Below, piece by piece: positions 62,281-64,000 of a DNA stretch of 64,000 nucleotides. Numbering within the stretch: the first letter of the stretch is position 1; every line of letters starts with the position of its first letter. The notes beneath the pieces are model-generated. The model was not told the DNA's origin, ran no database searches, and was given only the letters and a program-made list of their open reading frames with translations. Source of the DNA: Omnitrophica WOR_2 bacterium RIFCSPHIGHO2_02_FULL_50_17 (GTDB taxonomy: Bacteria > Omnitrophota > Gorgyraeia > Zapsychrales > Zapsychraceae); the NCBI GenBank assembly GCA_001805645.1, contig MHGQ01000032.1, positions 267 through 64,266 on the forward strand, in the 5' to 3' direction. The translations under genes and the position numbers were made by a program.

Positions 62281-63273
62281 TCATATATTATAAATATCGG
62301 TTTTATATCGGTCCAAATTTGCCTTGATCCAGTCGCACGTCAACTTAAGCCCCTCCTGCATCGTCTTGCGCCCTTTCCATCCACAAACCGAATGGATTTT
62401 CGAAGCATCACAAATCAACCTTCCCACCTCACTTTTGACGGGACGTAACCGCTGCTGATCAACCAGGATCCTTACTTTACGACCAAGAATGGATTGGATC
62501 ATATCTGCCAATTCCTTTATCGATATTTCCACTCCACTTCCTGTGTTGAACACTTGTCCGTTGGTGTCTTTTTCTTCCGCCACTTGAATGAAAGCATCCA
62601 CTGTATTTCTAACATAATTGAGATCCCGTTTCGCATCCAAGTTGCCCAATCGAATTACTTTCTGTCCCGAACAAATCTGGGTGATGATAGTCGGTATAAT
62701 CGCCCTTGCCGATTGGCGCGGCCCAAAAGTATTGAAAGGGCGTAAAATGGTCACAGGAAAATCAAATGAACGATAAAATGATAATGCCAAACTGTCAGCT
62801 GCCGACTTGGTGGCAGCGTACGGCGATTGCGGGTTGATGGGGTGATCTTCATCAATGGGGGCGTACTGGGCCGTACCATAAACCTCACTGGTAGAGGTAT
62901 GTACCAGCTTCCTGATACTCCAGTTTCTGGCTGCTTGTAAAACATTCAAAGTCCCCTTAATATTAGTATCCACATAGCTGTCCGGCGAATTATAACTAAA
63001 GGGAATGCCGATCAAGGCCGCCAAATGAAAAACAGTGTCCATCCCCTTGACCGCTTCCATAACGCCATTGGGATCACGAATATCTCCCGAGAAAACTTGA
63101 ATTTTCTTTCTCATGCTACCTGGCAAGGTATCCAGCCATCCCCAATGATTAAAGGAATTATAATAAACGAAGGCCCTGACATCAGCTCCCCTGCGTAAAA
63201 GCTCCTCTACCAAATGACTGCCGATAAATCCGTCCGATCCGGTCACCAATACTTTTTTATTTTTCCAATTCAT
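62281..63273 (-). CDS. NAD-dependent epimerase/dehydratase (extended SDR, NDP-sugar 4,6-dehydratase/4-epimerase-like)
   Basis: KKVLVTGSDGFIGSHLVEELLRRGADV...STSEVYG...YAATKSAAD (YxxxK). Confidence 0.85.
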   Translation of the reverse strand: MNWKNKKVLVTGSDGFIGSHLVEELLRRGADVRAFVYYNSFNHWGWLDTLPGSMRKKIQVFSGDIRDPNGVMEAVKGMDTVFHLAALIGIPFSYNSPDSYVDTNIKGTLNVLQAARNWSIRKLVHTSTSEVYGTAQYAPIDEDHPINPQSPYAATKSAADSLALSFYRSFDFPVTILRPFNTFGPRQSARAIIPTIITQICSGQKVIRLGNLDAKRDLNYVRNTVDAFIQVAEEKDTNGQVFNTGSGVEISIKELADMIQSILGRKVRILVDQQRLRPVKSEVGRLICDASKIHSVCGWKGRKTMQEGLKLTCDWIKANLDRYKTDIYNI

Positions 63274-64000
63274 AAGACCTCACTTTGAGGCGATTTTTCA
63301 TAGATGCTTTTATAATAGGCGAATGTCATGCCTAATAGTGCCCAGAACGGAATTGCATTATAAGGGACCTCCAGAAATACCAGAAAATTAGCAATAGTGA
63401 CCCAATAAATGAATGTGGTAACAAGTAAGATCCCCGTCAAAGACTTAAGGCGAATGAATTCCTTTAACAAAAATATTATGCCTGCTGTTATGCCAAGCAC
63501 ACATATCAGCCCTACGATCCCTCCCCGATAAATCATATGCAAAAAGGAGTTATGGGGAGCTATCCAACCATCACGGGACCATTCCCGGCGAGCCCACCCG
63601 ATGATCTCCAGCGACTTTGAGCGTTGCGGATACCCAAAACTCACACCCCCTAACATGCTCCAAGGAAAATCCGTCCTCAACAAATCATCGGCCATATCCC
63701 GCCAGATAAACAATCTGAATAACATGCTATTATAAGCAGCTTCTAATGTCCGATAACCTCCCTCATCTCTGTCTTCCGCCAATCCCAGCGCAGCATTTAA
63801 TGTGATTTCATCCTTCAACCCTGAATTACTAATCCCCCCTTTTATCTGACGCACTTTCCTTTGTCGAATCATATCAGCGGCTTTCTCTTTAATATTGTCG
63901 TATCTTTTCTCCATTAATCCCATCCCCCGCCCGCTAGATTCTTGTTGTTTATTTTCAAGCGATTTGACTACCCCCCCGACTCTATCGTCCACTTCTTTCA
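63270..64000 (-). CDS. 5'-partial O-antigen ligase/polymerase-like (Wzy_C) membrane protein; third Wzy_C gene of the locus
   Basis: C-terminal part IAPHNSFLHMIYRGGIVGLICVLGI (Wzy_C HN-block) plus TM helices. The ORF has no stop codon upstream before the window edge, so it probably extends beyond 64000. Confidence 0.6.
   Translation of the reverse strand, partial: KEVDDRVGGVVKSLENKQQESSGRGMGLMEKRYDNIKEKAADMIRQRKVRQIKGGISNSGLKDEITLNAALGLAEDRDEGGYRTLEAAYNSMLFRLFIWRDMADDLLRTDFPWSMLGGVSFGYPQRSKSLEIIGWARREWSRDGWIAPHNSFLHMIYRGGIVGLICVLGITAGIIFLLKEFIRLKSLTGILLVTTFIYWVTIANFLVFLEVPYNAIPFWALLGMTFAYYKSIYEKSPQSEVL

Overview
The window is a bacterial chromosomal segment (~50% GC up to ~42 kb, clearly more AT-rich after that). 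Nearly every gene is on the minus strand; the GGDEF gene at 21740-22939 is the only plus-strand gene. Most genes are tightly packed, often with ATGA-type start/stop overlaps.

From 1 to 42 kb it is a housekeeping backbone. It starts with a partial DUF1016_N–SNase fusion nuclease and a terminated hypothetical gene, then plsY-pgsA, a lipoprotein, lepB-lepA-cmk and an aromatic amino-acid block (tyrA, DAHP synthase, hisC, pheA). scpB, ruvA-ruvC-yebC and a small GIY-YIG gene flanked by ~28-bp inverted repeats follow. Next comes an unusually long (~600 nt) RNase P RNA whose 5' end overlaps rnhA, then a COG1579 Zn-ribbon gene, tRNA-Val(CAC), tRNA-Met/Ile2(CAT), a NUDIX/CPBP pair, rpoD-dnaG-cvpA and a GAF-GGDEF cyclase. 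After smc, preceded by a small HTH_17 gene and a ~330-bp AT-rich spacer, come fabV, glgC, two tandem paralogous polytopic-membrane/TPR proteins fused onto the end of an oppABCDF operon, and finally secG-tpiA-pgk.

From 42 to 64 kb, behind a near-consensus sigma70 promoter for pgk, lies a lower-GC cell-envelope glycan locus: two paralogous ~567-aa membrane proteins flanking a frameshifted SAM-methyltransferase, a TPR protein, three Wzy_C (O-antigen-ligase-like) genes (one with an inserted LamG/ConA-like lectin domain), fcl-gmd (GDP-fucose), a WbaP-type priming transferase, a GT26 transferase, two large unassigned membrane proteins, a PMT_2-like GT-C protein, a GT4 transferase, two SDR epimerases and a sugar nucleotidyltransferase.

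The most novel candidates are the membrane/TPR paralogs co-operonic with opp, the paralog–methyltransferase–paralog module, the oversized RNase P RNA and the inverted-repeat-bracketed GIY-YIG unit. Nothing here could be checked by BLAST or HMM; every identification rests on reading motifs in the translations and DNA. Coordinates derived from aa-offsets in the ORF track can be off by 1 nt; the start of the 50762 gene (placed at 52024) is a known example.
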